In this document: positions 10,090 through 20,626 of the stretch, one piece after another
Numbering within the stretch: the stretch's first letter is position 1
How the letters are laid out: every line of letters starts with the position of its first letter
From: a virus
Taxonomy: Duplodnaviria; Caudoviricetes
DNA length: 64,000 nucleotides
Direction: 5' to 3' (one strand)
Virus record (IMG/VR): IMGVR_UViG_3300014204_000134
Location: 1-64,000 of that record
Notes under the pieces: model-generated
The model's database searches: none
What the model saw: only the letters and a program-made list of their open reading frames with translations
What the model was told of the DNA's origin: nothing
Made by a program: the position numbers and the translations under genes

Positions 10090-10818
10090 ATGATGAATTA
10101 TAAAAGAGAAAAATATCTTTTATTAAAACAATTACATGATGTAGATCTAATAAATGATTTTAAACAAAATAATGTAATAATTGCTGGTGGAGCAATAACA
10201 TCTATTTTTACAAACAATAAAATAAATGATTATGATATTTATTTTCGCAATATAAATGAATATGATTATATAAACAAACTATTGCAAAATAAAGAAGGAT
10301 TTAAAAATATAGTAAGTACCCAATCGGCAGAAACATATAAAAATAATGAAAAGAATATTACAATACAATTAATAAAATTAGAAAGAATGTTATTTGATAA
10401 TCCAGAAGATACAATTAAAGAATTTGACTATAGTGTATGTATGGGAGCATATGATTTCAAAACTGATAACTTTGTATTTGACAAGAATTTTATCAAACAT
10501 AATGCACAAAAAAGATTGATCTATAACCTTAAATGTAAATATCCAATTTGTGCCCTATATCGTTTGAAGAAATATATGAGAAAAGGTTATGAAATATCAG
10601 GAGCAGAATTAATTAAATTGGCACTTGTTGTTCATAAATTAAATCTTAAAACCTATGCAGACCTGAAAGAGCAATTATTGGGTATAGACACTCTGATGCT
10701 AAAAGAATTAACCGAGAAATTAGAAAGCGATGAATATGCCAAAAAAGAATATGATTTTGATGAATTTATGCATATAATTGAAGAATATTTAGATAGATAT
10801 GAAGATATTTTAAGTTAA
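10090..10818 (+). CDS. nucleotidyltransferase-fold phage protein
   Basis: IAGGAITS...INDYDIYF (GG + DxD)...FDYSVC. Confidence 0.7.
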   Translation: MMNYKREKYLLLKQLHDVDLINDFKQNNVIIAGGAITSIFTNNKINDYDIYFRNINEYDYINKLLQNKEGFKNIVSTQSAETYKNNEKNITIQLIKLERMLFDNPEDTIKEFDYSVCMGAYDFKTDNFVFDKNFIKHNAQKRLIYNLKCKYPICALYRLKKYMRKGYEISGAELIKLALVVHKLNLKTYADLKEQLLGIDTLMLKELTEKLESDEYAKKEYDFDEFMHIIEEYLDRYEDILS

Positions 10819-10828
10819 GGAGATAAAT

Positions 10829-11089
10829 ATGAAAAGAAAAATAACTATAATCTGTGGAGATAGAGGTTATTATGAAATCGAAGATCTTACTGAACAATAT
10901 AATGATTTGCTTTGTACTGATATGACCGAAGAAGAAGTAGATAAATATTTTGCCCCTGGTAAATATGACGGAAAAGATAATGGTACTTATGCTTATGCAT
11001 TTATAGAATGTCTTTGTCAAAGTGATTATTGTCCACCATATTTATTTGATGGTGATGATATGAAAGTTATTGTAGAAATTGTTGAGTAA
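10829..11089 (+). CDS. acidic hypothetical protein
   Basis: SD AAGGAG + ATG. Confidence 0.55.
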   Translation: MKRKITIICGDRGYYEIEDLTEQYNDLLCTDMTEEEVDKYFAPGKYDGKDNGTYAYAFIECLCQSDYCPPYLFDGDDMKVIVEIVE

Positions 11090-11129
11090 TGAAACACGTA
11101 TTTTGTGCTAATAAGTAGGAGGTAATACT

Positions 11130-11342
11130 ATACTTAAAATAAACACAATTGTTAACAAGGGTGGAGAAAGAAAAGAACTATCTAAAATTAAAGATTTTAA
11201 TTGTACTAATTGTGGAAATGATAGTTTTTTATTGACTTGTAAAATAAAAATTATTAAATTAGGTAATGATGAAAATTTGAGAATTAAAGCAATGTACCCT
11301 AAATGTAGTATATGTGGAACTGAATTTCCTGAAGTATTTTAA
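11130..11342 (+). CDS. Zn-ribbon protein (ATA start, not in track)
   Basis: SD AGGAGG; CTNCG...CSICG; in-frame TAA at 11112. Confidence 0.6.
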   Translation: MLKINTIVNKGGERKELSKIKDFNCTNCGNDSFLLTCKIKIIKLGNDENLRIKAMYPKCSICGTEFPEVF

Positions 11343-11356
11343 TAGTAGGAGGCATA

Positions 11357-11578
11357 ATGAACTTACAAATAATAGAAGCGGTAAGGTGTAAAGGGATATT
11401 AACGCAAGTTAGTACATGTTTGAGGTGTCAGTATTTCGTTACTAGAGATGAAATATTGGGACAAATTGAATGTAGAAATGAAAATAAAAAATATAGCAGG
11501 GAAGAACATATTAAAAAATGTAAAGAATTTTATGGTAATAAAATTATAGAGTTTGGTGATATTGATGAAAAACCGTAA
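11357..11578 (+). CDS. hypothetical protein
   Basis: SD AGGAGG + ATG. Confidence 0.55.
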   Translation: MNLQIIEAVRCKGILTQVSTCLRCQYFVTRDEILGQIECRNENKKYSREEHIKKCKEFYGNKIIEFGDIDEKP

Positions 11579-12047
11579 ATGCCACTTCTGTAAAATGGAA
11601 GATAGTGAAATTAATCTTATTAGAGTTGAAGTTGGAGATAAAACTAAATTAAAAAAATATGCACATCAAGAATGTTATAAAAATTATTTGAACAGGAAAG
11701 AATTTTTTAGTTATTTGCATGAAGCACTAGACATACCAAAATTAGATAGATGGACAGTTATGAATATAAATAGTATTGGTCAGGACTATTCTTATGAGGT
11801 CATGTTACATGCTTTAAAGGTGAAAGAAAAGGTGATGTTGGAGAAATTTGGAAAAGGGTTCCCATACATTTTGGCTATTTTAAAAAATCAACTTCCGTTT
11901 TCATATAAGGAAATAAAAAGGCAGCAAAGAGAAAAAGAACTACAACAACATAAAACTAATAATAATTCTTTTTCATATGAAGAATTACCAGAAACAGAAT
12001 ACAAACAAAAGGAAGGTAGACTTGACATATCTAATCTTCTAGATTAG
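11553..12047 (+). CDS. replication-module protein (possible helicase partner)
   Basis: CHFC...HQEC Zn motif; directly upstream of helicase. Confidence 0.55.
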   Translation: MVILMKNRKCHFCKMEDSEINLIRVEVGDKTKLKKYAHQECYKNYLNRKEFFSYLHEALDIPKLDRWTVMNINSIGQDYSYEVMLHALKVKEKVMLEKFGKGFPYILAILKNQLPFSYKEIKRQQREKELQQHKTNNNSFSYEELPETEYKQKEGRLDISNLLD

Positions 12048-12059
12048 AGAGGTGAATTA

Positions 12060-13577
12060 ATGGAGCAAGAAGACATTTTACTAAAAGAAATATATCCAGA
12101 CGAAGCATTTTTAGTTGCACTATTTTATAATAATCCAAAACTATATGAAGAATATGAAGAAACAAAACTAAGTACTAAACATTTTGGTAATAAGATTTGG
12201 AAATTTTATTTTAAAATAGGTAGATTAATTGTTGAACGTGGTGGTCAAGTAATAGACGATATTACTGTTGCAAACATAGTAAATGAATTAAAAATTGATA
12301 AACATTATGATAAATATAATAGATATGAAACAATAGAAGAATTATTAGATGAAATAGAAAACAAAAAAGACAATATGCAACTATATTATAATAATATTAA
12401 AAAATATAATTTACTTAGAGATTTAAAAAAACTATTTGGTGATAATGTAATAAAAAATGAAGGTAATTATGACTATAAATTATTATCAGTAGAACAAATA
12501 GCAAATTATTGGTTGTATAAAACAGAACAAATTGTCATGAGTAATGTTGAAAATAATTTTGAAGAACAATTTTTACTTGATGGTTTAGACGAAGAAGTTA
12601 ACGAATTAAAAGATAATCCAGAAAAAGGATTGCCATTTAACAATGCTAAATTAATGACAAGAGCAACAAATGGTTGGGTTGATGGAGAATTTTATATTTT
12701 TGGTGGTTTCGGAGGAAGAGGTAAAACTTCATTTACATTAGAAAAAGTTATTGCATCTTGTATTAAACATAAAGAAAAATTAGTAGTTATTGCAAATGAA
12801 GAATCAATACAAAGATTTAGAAGAAATTTATTAATTACTGTAATGGGCAATTTTACTAAAGAGGGTTTTGCTAGACATAGAATAAATGAAGGTAAGTTTA
12901 CAGAAGAAGAATACGAAAAATTACAAAGAGCAATTAAATGGGTTAAAAATGTGACCGAAGGCGATAAAAAATTAATTGTTTTTGTATATATGGAAAACTA
13001 TATTATAGAAGATGTAAATAAAATAGTTAGGCATTATTTTAAAAGAGGAATTAAAAAGTACATAGTAGATACTGGTAAACCAAGTGAAGGTAAAAGTGGA
13101 AAAGCAAGATGGGAAATAATGACTGATGATATGAAAGATTTATATAAAATATGTAGAAAAAATGGAGGTGGCTTAGGAGTTACTATATGGGTTAATGTTC
13201 AGTTAGCAGATGCAGCATTAAAAATGAGATTCTTAAATGAATTTGCATTAGGTGAAGCTAAAAAAATGAAAAACGAAGCATCTGTTTTATGGATGATAAG
13301 ACCTGTATGGGATGATGAATTAGAAGGAGGAAAATATGAATTAAATTGTTTTAAATATAGAAAACCTGAGTTTGGAGAAGAAAAACCAGTAAGAGAAACT
13401 TTTAAACTAGATAGATTTATAGATCAAAAATATTATTTATTATTTACTGCAAAAAATAAATTAGGTCAAAGTAATGAAACTGGTTTACCACAAATAGTTT
13501 ATAGAGTTAATTTTAATAAAAATTGTTGGGAAGAAATTGGGATGACATATGTAATTGATGATCATAATTATTACTAG
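12060..13577 (+). CDS. DnaB-like replicative helicase
   Basis: GGFGGRGKTS Walker A, ANEE, IVDT; 505 aa; adjacent to primase. Confidence 0.85.
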   Translation: MEQEDILLKEIYPDEAFLVALFYNNPKLYEEYEETKLSTKHFGNKIWKFYFKIGRLIVERGGQVIDDITVANIVNELKIDKHYDKYNRYETIEELLDEIENKKDNMQLYYNNIKKYNLLRDLKKLFGDNVIKNEGNYDYKLLSVEQIANYWLYKTEQIVMSNVENNFEEQFLLDGLDEEVNELKDNPEKGLPFNNAKLMTRATNGWVDGEFYIFGGFGGRGKTSFTLEKVIASCIKHKEKLVVIANEESIQRFRRNLLITVMGNFTKEGFARHRINEGKFTEEEYEKLQRAIKWVKNVTEGDKKLIVFVYMENYIIEDVNKIVRHYFKRGIKKYIVDTGKPSEGKSGKARWEIMTDDMKDLYKICRKNGGGLGVTIWVNVQLADAALKMRFLNEFALGEAKKMKNEASVLWMIRPVWDDELEGGKYELNCFKYRKPEFGEEKPVRETFKLDRFIDQKYYLLFTAKNKLGQSNETGLPQIVYRVNFNKNCWEEIGMTYVIDDHNYY

Positions 13578-13602
13578 AATTTAGACAAGAAGGGGTTGAT
13601 TC

Positions 13603-14682
13603 ATGGATTTAAAACTACTTAAAAAACGCATATATGAAGAAGATAAAATTGAAACCCTTCTTGATAGTTTAAATTGTGAACACATTAAAAGTGAACAGAG
13701 TGGTAATTTAATTGTTGCTCAATTACCTGATGGTGATAATAAAAGATCAATTCAAATTAAGAACAACGAAAATTTGACAGCAAATATTAGATCAAAAGGA
13801 ATTGGTGGAAATATATTTAGTATAGTAGGATATATTTTATATAATGCTGCTACATTTGAAGAAGTAAGAGAAAATTTATATCAAATAATTCAATATATAT
13901 GTAATACATTGGATTATGAGTTAGAATATTTTAATCAAGTAGAAGAGAAGAAAACTGATTGGAATTGGTTTTTACGGAATGTGCAGAAAGATAGAAAGAA
14001 AGAATTCAAACTTGATGAAATACCTATAAATAAAGTGTTAAATGAAAACATATTAAACCAATATATAGATTATTTATATATTGATTGGTGGAAAGAAGGG
14101 ATAAATGAGAAAACTAGAAGATTTTATAAAATTAAATTTGATTTACGTACAAATAGAATTATAATACCTATATATAATGAATCTGGTTTAATTGGTATTA
14201 AGGGTAGGTATATTTACAAAGACGAAAAAGAAGAGAAAAATAGTGATATACCAAAATACTTTCCCTTATATAATTTTTACAAATCTATAGAATTATTTAA
14301 TCTAGATAAAGCAAAAGAATATATTTTACAAAAAAAACAAGTAATCATTGTAGAGTCTGAAAAAAGTTGTATTAAAGCATGGCGATGGGGAATTAAAAAT
14401 TGTGTAGGACTAATGGGTGGTGATTTATCTCCAACACAAGTATATATACTAAAAAAATTAGGAATAGATATTGAATATATTTTTATGTATGATAAAGATA
14501 AATTTGATAATGATAAAAAAGAAAAAAATATGATGTTACAAATTAAACAGGTTAGAAATAGAGTAATAAAGATAATGAATGATAGAAATGATTTATTAAA
14601 TATCAAAGAAAAACATTCTCCAACTGATTTAGGGAAAGATATATTTACGAAGTTATTGAATAATCACATAAAGTTAATATAA
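13603..14682 (+). CDS. DNA primase (TOPRIM)
   Basis: RIIIPI...GIKGR...KY...IVESEKS...YDKD. Confidence 0.85.
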   Translation: MDLKLLKKRIYEEDKIETLLDSLNCEHIKSEQSGNLIVAQLPDGDNKRSIQIKNNENLTANIRSKGIGGNIFSIVGYILYNAATFEEVRENLYQIIQYICNTLDYELEYFNQVEEKKTDWNWFLRNVQKDRKKEFKLDEIPINKVLNENILNQYIDYLYIDWWKEGINEKTRRFYKIKFDLRTNRIIIPIYNESGLIGIKGRYIYKDEKEEKNSDIPKYFPLYNFYKSIELFNLDKAKEYILQKKQVIIVESEKSCIKAWRWGIKNCVGLMGGDLSPTQVYILKKLGIDIEYIFMYDKDKFDNDKKEKNMMLQIKQVRNRVIKIMNDRNDLLNIKEKHSPTDLGKDIFTKLLNNHIKLI

Positions 14683-14692
14683 AATATAAACC

Positions 14693-14721
14693 TTGACAAA
14701 ATTAGTAAAATATGATATAAT
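14693..14721 (+). promoter_or_regulatory. sigma-A type promoter
   Basis: TTGACA-17 nt-TATAAT with extended TG. Confidence 0.8.
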
Positions 14722-14915
14722 GCAGGTATGTTTCTATAAAGGAGTGATAAATATCGCACATAAACAAAATAATATTATTAGTAGTTTAATTAATCTCTTA
14801 GTACTAGCATTTATTACTATTAACGCACTATTACTAGCAATATCAGTTACGGGATTAAATTATAAATTCTTTAAATATATTTTTCCTGGTATTAATTATT
14901 AAAGAAGGTGATTAG

Positions 14916-16544
14916 ATAGCAAGCTGGCAACAAAAGGAACCCAAAGAAGAATTTTTTATATTTGATAATATAGAAGAAAAATTACGATGTATATACGGAA
15001 TTGATAATCTAAATGAGTGGTTAAAACCTAGCAAAAAATCAGTACATAACCCATTTTTATTAGACAACATAAAAGAAGTTGCAAAAAAATTAATTAAAGC
15101 AATTGAAAATAAAAATAATATCTGTATCAGCTATGATATAGATGCCGATGGGATTTGCGCAGGAACAACTTTATATAGATATTTAAATCATTTTATGGAC
15201 AATATTTCTTATATATATCATCAAAGAGAACAAGGACATGGTATTTCCGTCCAAGTTGTTCCAGAAGAAACAGATTTACTTTTAATATGTGATAGTAGTA
15301 CTTCTGAAACAGAAGCATGTAAAAGTCTTAATGAGAAAGGAATAGATATATGCATACTAGATCACCATCCTAAAACACAAGATAATCCCTTTGCACTAAT
15401 CGTTAATCCAAAATTTTGTACATATCCCAATAAGGATTTATCTGGAAGTGGAGTGGTCTATAAATTAATTCAAGTAATTGACGAATTAACTAGTAATGAT
15501 TATGCAAATAATTATATAGATCTTTGCGGTTTTGGAATTTATGGAGATGTAATGTCTATGACAGAACCAGAGAATAGATATTACGTTTATCAGGCAATAA
15601 AAAACATTAAAAATCCTGGCATTAAAGCATTGTTAAAATTGAAATTAAGTTTTGGTGGAAAAGTAGATTCTCAAACTATAGGATTTACAATAGTCCCAAC
15701 TATAAATGCTGCTGCTAGAATGGGATGCATAGAGAAAATAATTGATTTATTGCTAGAAGACAATTATGATAAATGTTTAATCTTAGCAAAAGAAGTAGTA
15801 AATTTAAATGAAGATAGAAAGAAAACTGAAGTAAAATTATATAAAAAAATTAAAGATAGAATAGATTTGTTACACAATATAATTTGTGTAAAAACAACAG
15901 AAAAAGATGAGATAAATAAAGGTTTCAATGGTTTAATCGCCACTAAAATTAGTGAAAAATATTCTAAACCTTCACTCGTCGTAAAATGTGAAGATGGGAT
16001 CTGTAGTGGGAGTGGTAGAAGTGTAAATGGAGTAAACTTTAAATCTATACTACAAAATACAAAACTGTGTGATTGGGTCAATGGACATGAGGGAGCTTTC
16101 GGAGTACAATTTAAAGAAGAAAATTTAGAGAAAATATATGAAGCAGTAAAAGATAAAATAAAATTCGATAAAGATAAAATATACTATTATGATTTAGAAT
16201 TAGAAGAAGACGAAATAGATTATGACTTAATAAAGAAAATAGAAGAATTTAATTTATTAAGCGGTAAAGACGCTGAAAGTACAAAATTTTTAATAAAAAA
16301 TTGTAGTGCAATAGATAGAAAAGTTCAAGGCAAACTTGAAGATACAATCAAAATTATATCAGACAAAATAAATTTTGTTAAATTTAGGACAAATGAAGAA
16401 TATGCAAAAGAATTAAATGAAGGTAAAAAATTTGATGTAATAGGAAGTTTAAAAATTAATAAATGGTTTAATAACACTAAAGGAATTAAGAGATGGCAAG
16501 AAGATTTGCAAGTATTTATTGAGGATTATAGAATTAGTGAATGA
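14916..16544 (+). CDS. recJ: RecJ-like ssDNA exonuclease (DHH family), ATA start
   Basis: DHH motif I YDIDADG lies upstream of track ATG 15195; ILDHH, INAAARM, SGRS, GHEGAFG; in-frame TAG immediately before ATA; SD AAGGTGA. Confidence 0.85.
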   Translation: MASWQQKEPKEEFFIFDNIEEKLRCIYGIDNLNEWLKPSKKSVHNPFLLDNIKEVAKKLIKAIENKNNICISYDIDADGICAGTTLYRYLNHFMDNISYIYHQREQGHGISVQVVPEETDLLLICDSSTSETEACKSLNEKGIDICILDHHPKTQDNPFALIVNPKFCTYPNKDLSGSGVVYKLIQVIDELTSNDYANNYIDLCGFGIYGDVMSMTEPENRYYVYQAIKNIKNPGIKALLKLKLSFGGKVDSQTIGFTIVPTINAAARMGCIEKIIDLLLEDNYDKCLILAKEVVNLNEDRKKTEVKLYKKIKDRIDLLHNIICVKTTEKDEINKGFNGLIATKISEKYSKPSLVVKCEDGICSGSGRSVNGVNFKSILQNTKLCDWVNGHEGAFGVQFKEENLEKIYEAVKDKIKFDKDKIYYYDLELEEDEIDYDLIKKIEEFNLLSGKDAESTKFLIKNCSAIDRKVQGKLEDTIKIISDKINFVKFRTNEEYAKELNEGKKFDVIGSLKINKWFNNTKGIKRWQEDLQVFIEDYRISE

Positions 16545-16556
16545 AGGTGACAACAA

Positions 16557-18755
16557 ATAGAATTCAATGAAAACATCATAGACTTACTTAAAAAAAGATA
16601 TTTTCTAAAAGATGAAAATGGTAATCTAATAGAAAATTCCTGGGAAGATATATGTAAAAGAGTATCAATAAATATTGCTAGTGCCGAAAAAACAGAAGAA
16701 TTACAAAATACATATGAAAAAATATTTTATGATAAAATGGTTAATTTAGAGTTCATTCCTTCTTCACCTACACTTTTTAATGCAGGAACTACACTTCAAC
16801 AATTATCTTCATGTTTTATTATTGATATTGAAGATAGTATGGAAGGTATAGCCGAAGCATGGAAAGAATGTTCTATAATCTTTAAAAGTGGAGGAGGAGC
16901 AGGATTTAATACAAGTAAAATTAGACCTAAAGGAACATTAGTAAGTACATCGAATGGAGAAGCATCAGGTGTTGTTTCTTTTATGACAATTTTTGATCAA
17001 ATTGTTGAAATTATTAAACAAGGGGGCAAAAGAAAAGGAGCACTAAAAATAGATTTAAATGAAAACCATCCAGAAATATTCGAATTTATACATTGTAAAG
17101 ATACTGATGGAATGCTAAAAAATATGAATATTTCTGTTTCAATTTCAGATAAATTTATGAATGCATTAATAAATGATGAAAATGTAAATTTAGAATTTAA
17201 TGGAACCGTTTATAAAACAATAAAAGCAAAAGATTTATGGGATGAAATAATTAATTCATCATGGAAATCAGGAGAACCAGGAATTAGTTTTAGAGATATA
17301 ATGAATGATGATAATAAAAATTCACATTTAGGTGAAATAAATAGTTCAAACCCTTGCCAAGAATTCGTTAATATACCATATTCTTCTTGTAATTTGGGTT
17401 CAATTAATTTAGAAAAAATTATAAAAGATAAGAAAATTGATTATAAATTACTTGAAGAAAATATACGAGTTGCAATAAGATTTTTAGACAATATGATAAC
17501 TGTTAATAAATTGCCGTTAAAAAAGATTGATGAAATTACTAAATTAATTAGACCTGTTGGATTGGGAACAATTGGATATGCAAATTTACTATTTTTATTA
17601 GAAATACCTTACAATTCAAAACAAGCATATAAAGTTACTGATAAATTATATGAATTTATAAAAAATATTGCAATAGATGAAAGTAAAAAATTAGCTGAAG
17701 AAAAAGGTATATATCCTGCATGGGAAGGTTCCATATGGCAAAAAGAAGATATTAAAATAAGAAATTGTAATCATATTAGTATTGCTCCTAATGGAAGTAT
17801 CGGTTTCATAGCAGATTCTACAGGTGGAATAGAATCTGAATACGCATTAGTTTATTATAGAACCACAAATGAAGGAACTAAATACTTTGTAGTAAATAAA
17901 ATATTTAAAGAAAAACTAAAGGAAATAAATTTATATACAGATGAATTATTACAAAAAATAGTAGATAATAATGGTTCTATTCAAAATATTGAAGAAATAC
18001 CTAGTAATATTCGTAAAGTATTTATTGTTTCTCATGATTTAACACCCAACGAACATTTAAAAACTTTATCAATAATAAATAAACATGTTGATCTTAGTAT
18101 TTCAAAAACGATCAATTTATCAAATTCCGCAACAAAAGAAGAAATAAGTGAAATTTATATTGAAGCATGGAAAAATAATATTAAAGGTGTTACTGTTTAT
18201 AGAGATGGTTCAAGAAAAAATCAGGTATTAAGTACTTCACAAAATAAAGATAATAAAATAAATAATTTACCTAGAGGTTATATATTACCTGCTTTAACTG
18301 AAACAAAAGGACATAGGATTAAATTGTCTACTGGTTGTGGTAATTTATGGTTAATGGTATTCACAGATGAAAATAATGATATTGTAGAAACATTCGTTAA
18401 TACTGGCAGTAAAGGAGGATGTACAATTTCTACTCAGGCAATGAGTAGATTAATGAGTTTATCATTAAGAGGTGGTATTTCATTTGAGGACGTAGTAGAT
18501 CAATTAGAAAGTGCTGGTAGTTGTCCTTCTTATCAATTTGCAAGAGGAAATGGAAGTAAAATAAGTTCTGGAAAATCATGTCCTAGTGCAATAGCAAAAG
18601 CACTTGAAAAATTGCAGAAAAAATTAAAGAAAGGAGAACAAATTAATACAATTGAAATAGAAGAAGAATTAAAATGTCCTGAATGTAATACAAAATTAAG
18701 ATTTATTGAAGGATGTAATCAATGTCCCAATTGTGGTTTTAGCAAATGTAATTAA
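16557..18755 (+). CDS. nrdJ: class II (B12-dependent) ribonucleotide reductase, ATA start
   Basis: LLKKRYFLKD N-terminus upstream of track ATG; SPTLFNAG, SSCF, NPCQE, KGVTVYRDGSR, TSCPD-like domain and C-terminal Zn ribbon; in-frame TGA at 16548. Confidence 0.85.
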   Translation: MEFNENIIDLLKKRYFLKDENGNLIENSWEDICKRVSINIASAEKTEELQNTYEKIFYDKMVNLEFIPSSPTLFNAGTTLQQLSSCFIIDIEDSMEGIAEAWKECSIIFKSGGGAGFNTSKIRPKGTLVSTSNGEASGVVSFMTIFDQIVEIIKQGGKRKGALKIDLNENHPEIFEFIHCKDTDGMLKNMNISVSISDKFMNALINDENVNLEFNGTVYKTIKAKDLWDEIINSSWKSGEPGISFRDIMNDDNKNSHLGEINSSNPCQEFVNIPYSSCNLGSINLEKIIKDKKIDYKLLEENIRVAIRFLDNMITVNKLPLKKIDEITKLIRPVGLGTIGYANLLFLLEIPYNSKQAYKVTDKLYEFIKNIAIDESKKLAEEKGIYPAWEGSIWQKEDIKIRNCNHISIAPNGSIGFIADSTGGIESEYALVYYRTTNEGTKYFVVNKIFKEKLKEINLYTDELLQKIVDNNGSIQNIEEIPSNIRKVFIVSHDLTPNEHLKTLSIINKHVDLSISKTINLSNSATKEEISEIYIEAWKNNIKGVTVYRDGSRKNQVLSTSQNKDNKINNLPRGYILPALTETKGHRIKLSTGCGNLWLMVFTDENNDIVETFVNTGSKGGCTISTQAMSRLMSLSLRGGISFEDVVDQLESAGSCPSYQFARGNGSKISSGKSCPSAIAKALEKLQKKLKKGEQINTIEIEEELKCPECNTKLRFIEGCNQCPNCGFSKCN

Positions 18756-18790
18756 AATAAATACATAAATTAACGGAGGAAAATAATTAA

Positions 18791-19408
18791 ATGGCATACT
18801 TTAAAGTAGATGAAAAAGTATTTTTGAAAGAACTTAAAACCAGTGGAATTATCAAAGTTATTAATCCAGAAGAAAAAGAAGCAATAGTATCTTATTTTAC
18901 AGGTAAAGATCAAGAAGGTAAACCTATATTTGAAGAGAAGGCATTTAAATTTTGGAATATAAGTAAGTTTAAGAAACCACTTGAAATTAAGATAAAATAT
19001 TTTGATGAATCACTACCTAAACTAGAAAAATTTGTTATTGGAGATTGGATTGATTTAAGAGCATCAGAAGATATTTCTCTTAAACAATTTGAATTTGGTA
19101 AATTAAATTTTGGAATTGCAACGGAACTTCCAAAAGGATACGAAGCACATATTGCCCCTAGAGGTTCTACGTTTAAAAATTTTGGCATTATCCAAACTAA
19201 TAGTGTTGGGGTGGTGGACGAATCATTTTGTGGTAATAATGATCAATGGTTTGCTCCGATTCTGGCAATGCGTGATACAGAAATTAAAAAAGGTGATAGG
19301 ATTTGTCAATTTAGAATTATAAGAAAAATGCCCAAAACAAAACTTATAGAAGTTACTGAGTTGAATAATGCTGATCGTGGAGGACATGGTTCAACGGGAA
19401 TAAAATAA
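18791..19408 (+). CDS. dut: trimeric dUTPase with N-terminal extension
   Basis: [31 protein letters not shown]. Confidence 0.9.
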   Translation: MAYFKVDEKVFLKELKTSGIIKVINPEEKEAIVSYFTGKDQEGKPIFEEKAFKFWNISKFKKPLEIKIKYFDESLPKLEKFVIGDWIDLRASEDISLKQFEFGKLNFGIATELPKGYEAHIAPRGSTFKNFGIIQTNSVGVVDESFCGNNDQWFAPILAMRDTEIKKGDRICQFRIIRKMPKTKLIEVTELNNADRGGHGSTGIK

Positions 19409-19420
19409 GGAGGTCAAATT

Positions 19421-19753
19421 ATAAATATATCAGCAACAACCAAACCTAAAAGACTAACCAAACGTCAAGAGGTAAAACTCTGGAAACAAAATAAACTTAA
19501 ATATCAAACTATTAAAAAACCACCTGAACCATCAATTAAAATCTATAAAAAATCAGAATCAGGTACAACTTTTACCAGAGGAAAAGTAGAAGAATCTAAA
19601 AAGAAATTATCTAAAAAGTTAGATATTATTCAAAAACGAAATGAGAAAAAAGAACGAGATACAGCATTATCTGTTAAAAAACAAGAAGATAAAGAAAATA
19701 TAAAATTGAAAATAGATAATATTATTAAACTATTCTACAAAACGTTCAAGTAG
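19421..19753 (+). CDS. Lys-rich hypothetical protein (ATA/ATT start, no ATG in frame)
   Basis: SD AAGGAGG; 110-codon open frame filling the gap after dut. Confidence 0.6.
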   Translation: MNISATTKPKRLTKRQEVKLWKQNKLKYQTIKKPPEPSIKIYKKSESGTTFTRGKVEESKKKLSKKLDIIQKRNEKKERDTALSVKKQEDKENIKLKIDNIIKLFYKTFK

Positions 19754-19900
19754 GAGTGTTAATTTCTACACTCCTACAAAGGAGTGACTTAATTGAAAAA
19801 ATTAAGAAAAAGATGGAAGTGTTTTATATTTAACAAGAAACCAGTATTGAGATTAGAATATTTCTATAAGTAATAAAACATTCAAATTAAGGAGGATACA

Positions 19901-20497
19901 ATGGCAAAATTTTATATAGTTAATACAAGGGATGAAAGAAATAACAATACATATTATTATATTGCATTTAAAGATAAAGATGATGATGAAATATGTTGCA
20001 CAGAAGCAGTTGCAGAAGAATTTAGTATTCCTGTAGATGAATATCTTAATATATGTAAAAAGAACGGTTCAATAGGAATTAAAAATTTAACTAACTATAA
20101 TGACTTATTTTGTTCAGTAGAACAAGCTCAAAATGCTATACAAGAAATTCTAGAATTTAGTATTGAATTTAATAAAAATAATTGTTGTTGTAATTGCGAA
20201 GAAGACTATTCTGATATTACACCAACTTATCCGCAGGATTTTGTATCCGATGGAGAAGAGATTAGTAACGAACAAATAAACGAAATTATTGAAATGTGTA
20301 TTTATAATCTAGAACAAGATGATGAAGCAGATGGTGTAGACATAACTGAAGGAAATACACTTATTTTAGTTAATAGAAGCCGTATGTGTGATGATCCTGA
20401 ATGTGAAGGACACAATGATTATTATTATAAAGTAACAGTTTGTAAAGGTATTTATGAATATAGTGGTATTGATGATTATAATTTAGAAGACGAATAA
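19901..20497 (+). CDS. acidic Cys-containing hypothetical protein
   Basis: SD AAGGAGG + ATG. Confidence 0.65.
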   Translation: MAKFYIVNTRDERNNNTYYYIAFKDKDDDEICCTEAVAEEFSIPVDEYLNICKKNGSIGIKNLTNYNDLFCSVEQAQNAIQEILEFSIEFNKNNCCCNCEEDYSDITPTYPQDFVSDGEEISNEQINEIIEMCIYNLEQDDEADGVDITEGNTLILVNRSRMCDDPECEGHNDYYYKVTVCKGIYEYSGIDDYNLEDE

Positions 20498-20504
20498 TTA
20501 CATA

Positions 20505-20538
20505 GATTGTGCTAGGGACTAACCTCTCTAGCACAATC
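20505..20538. terminator. stem-loop (probable terminator)
   Basis: GATTGTGCTAG...CTAGCACAATC. Confidence 0.6.
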
Positions 20539-20542
20539 AACA

Positions 20543-20587
20543 CACCATATATTGTGTTTATATATAAAAATAAAACTACATATAGTA
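20543..20587. promoter_or_regulatory. tandem NrdR-box-like pair
   Basis: CACCATATATTGTG (20543) and AACTACATATAGTA (20574), 31-bp period. Confidence 0.6.
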
Positions 20588-20626
20588 TAGGCAATGAAAC
20601 AGTGGTTTCGTGAGAGGAGAAAATTA

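Larger units (their letters stand above)
312..11106. repeat. Array 1 of palindromic gene-boundary sites (ATAAAA-N6-TTTTAT consensus)
   Basis: 18-bp cores start at 312, 741, 2484, 2857, 3646, 3986, 4578, 4789, 4928, 6482, 6852, 7604, 8526, 8835, 9373, 10061, 11089. Examples: ggtATAAAA-atgtgg-TTTTATgatagg (8835), gcaACGAAA-ttcgca-TTTTATgatagg (7604). All lie at gene junctions. Confidence 0.85.

Noticed and set aside
14693-14902. Track ORF starting at TTG 14693
   Set aside because: That TTG is the -35 box of a consensus promoter; any real gene starts after the SD near 14740.
14916-18755. recJ and nrdJ as 5'-truncated pseudogenes, as the ORF track suggests
   Set aside because: The frames are open and family motifs continue upstream to SD-linked ATA codons.
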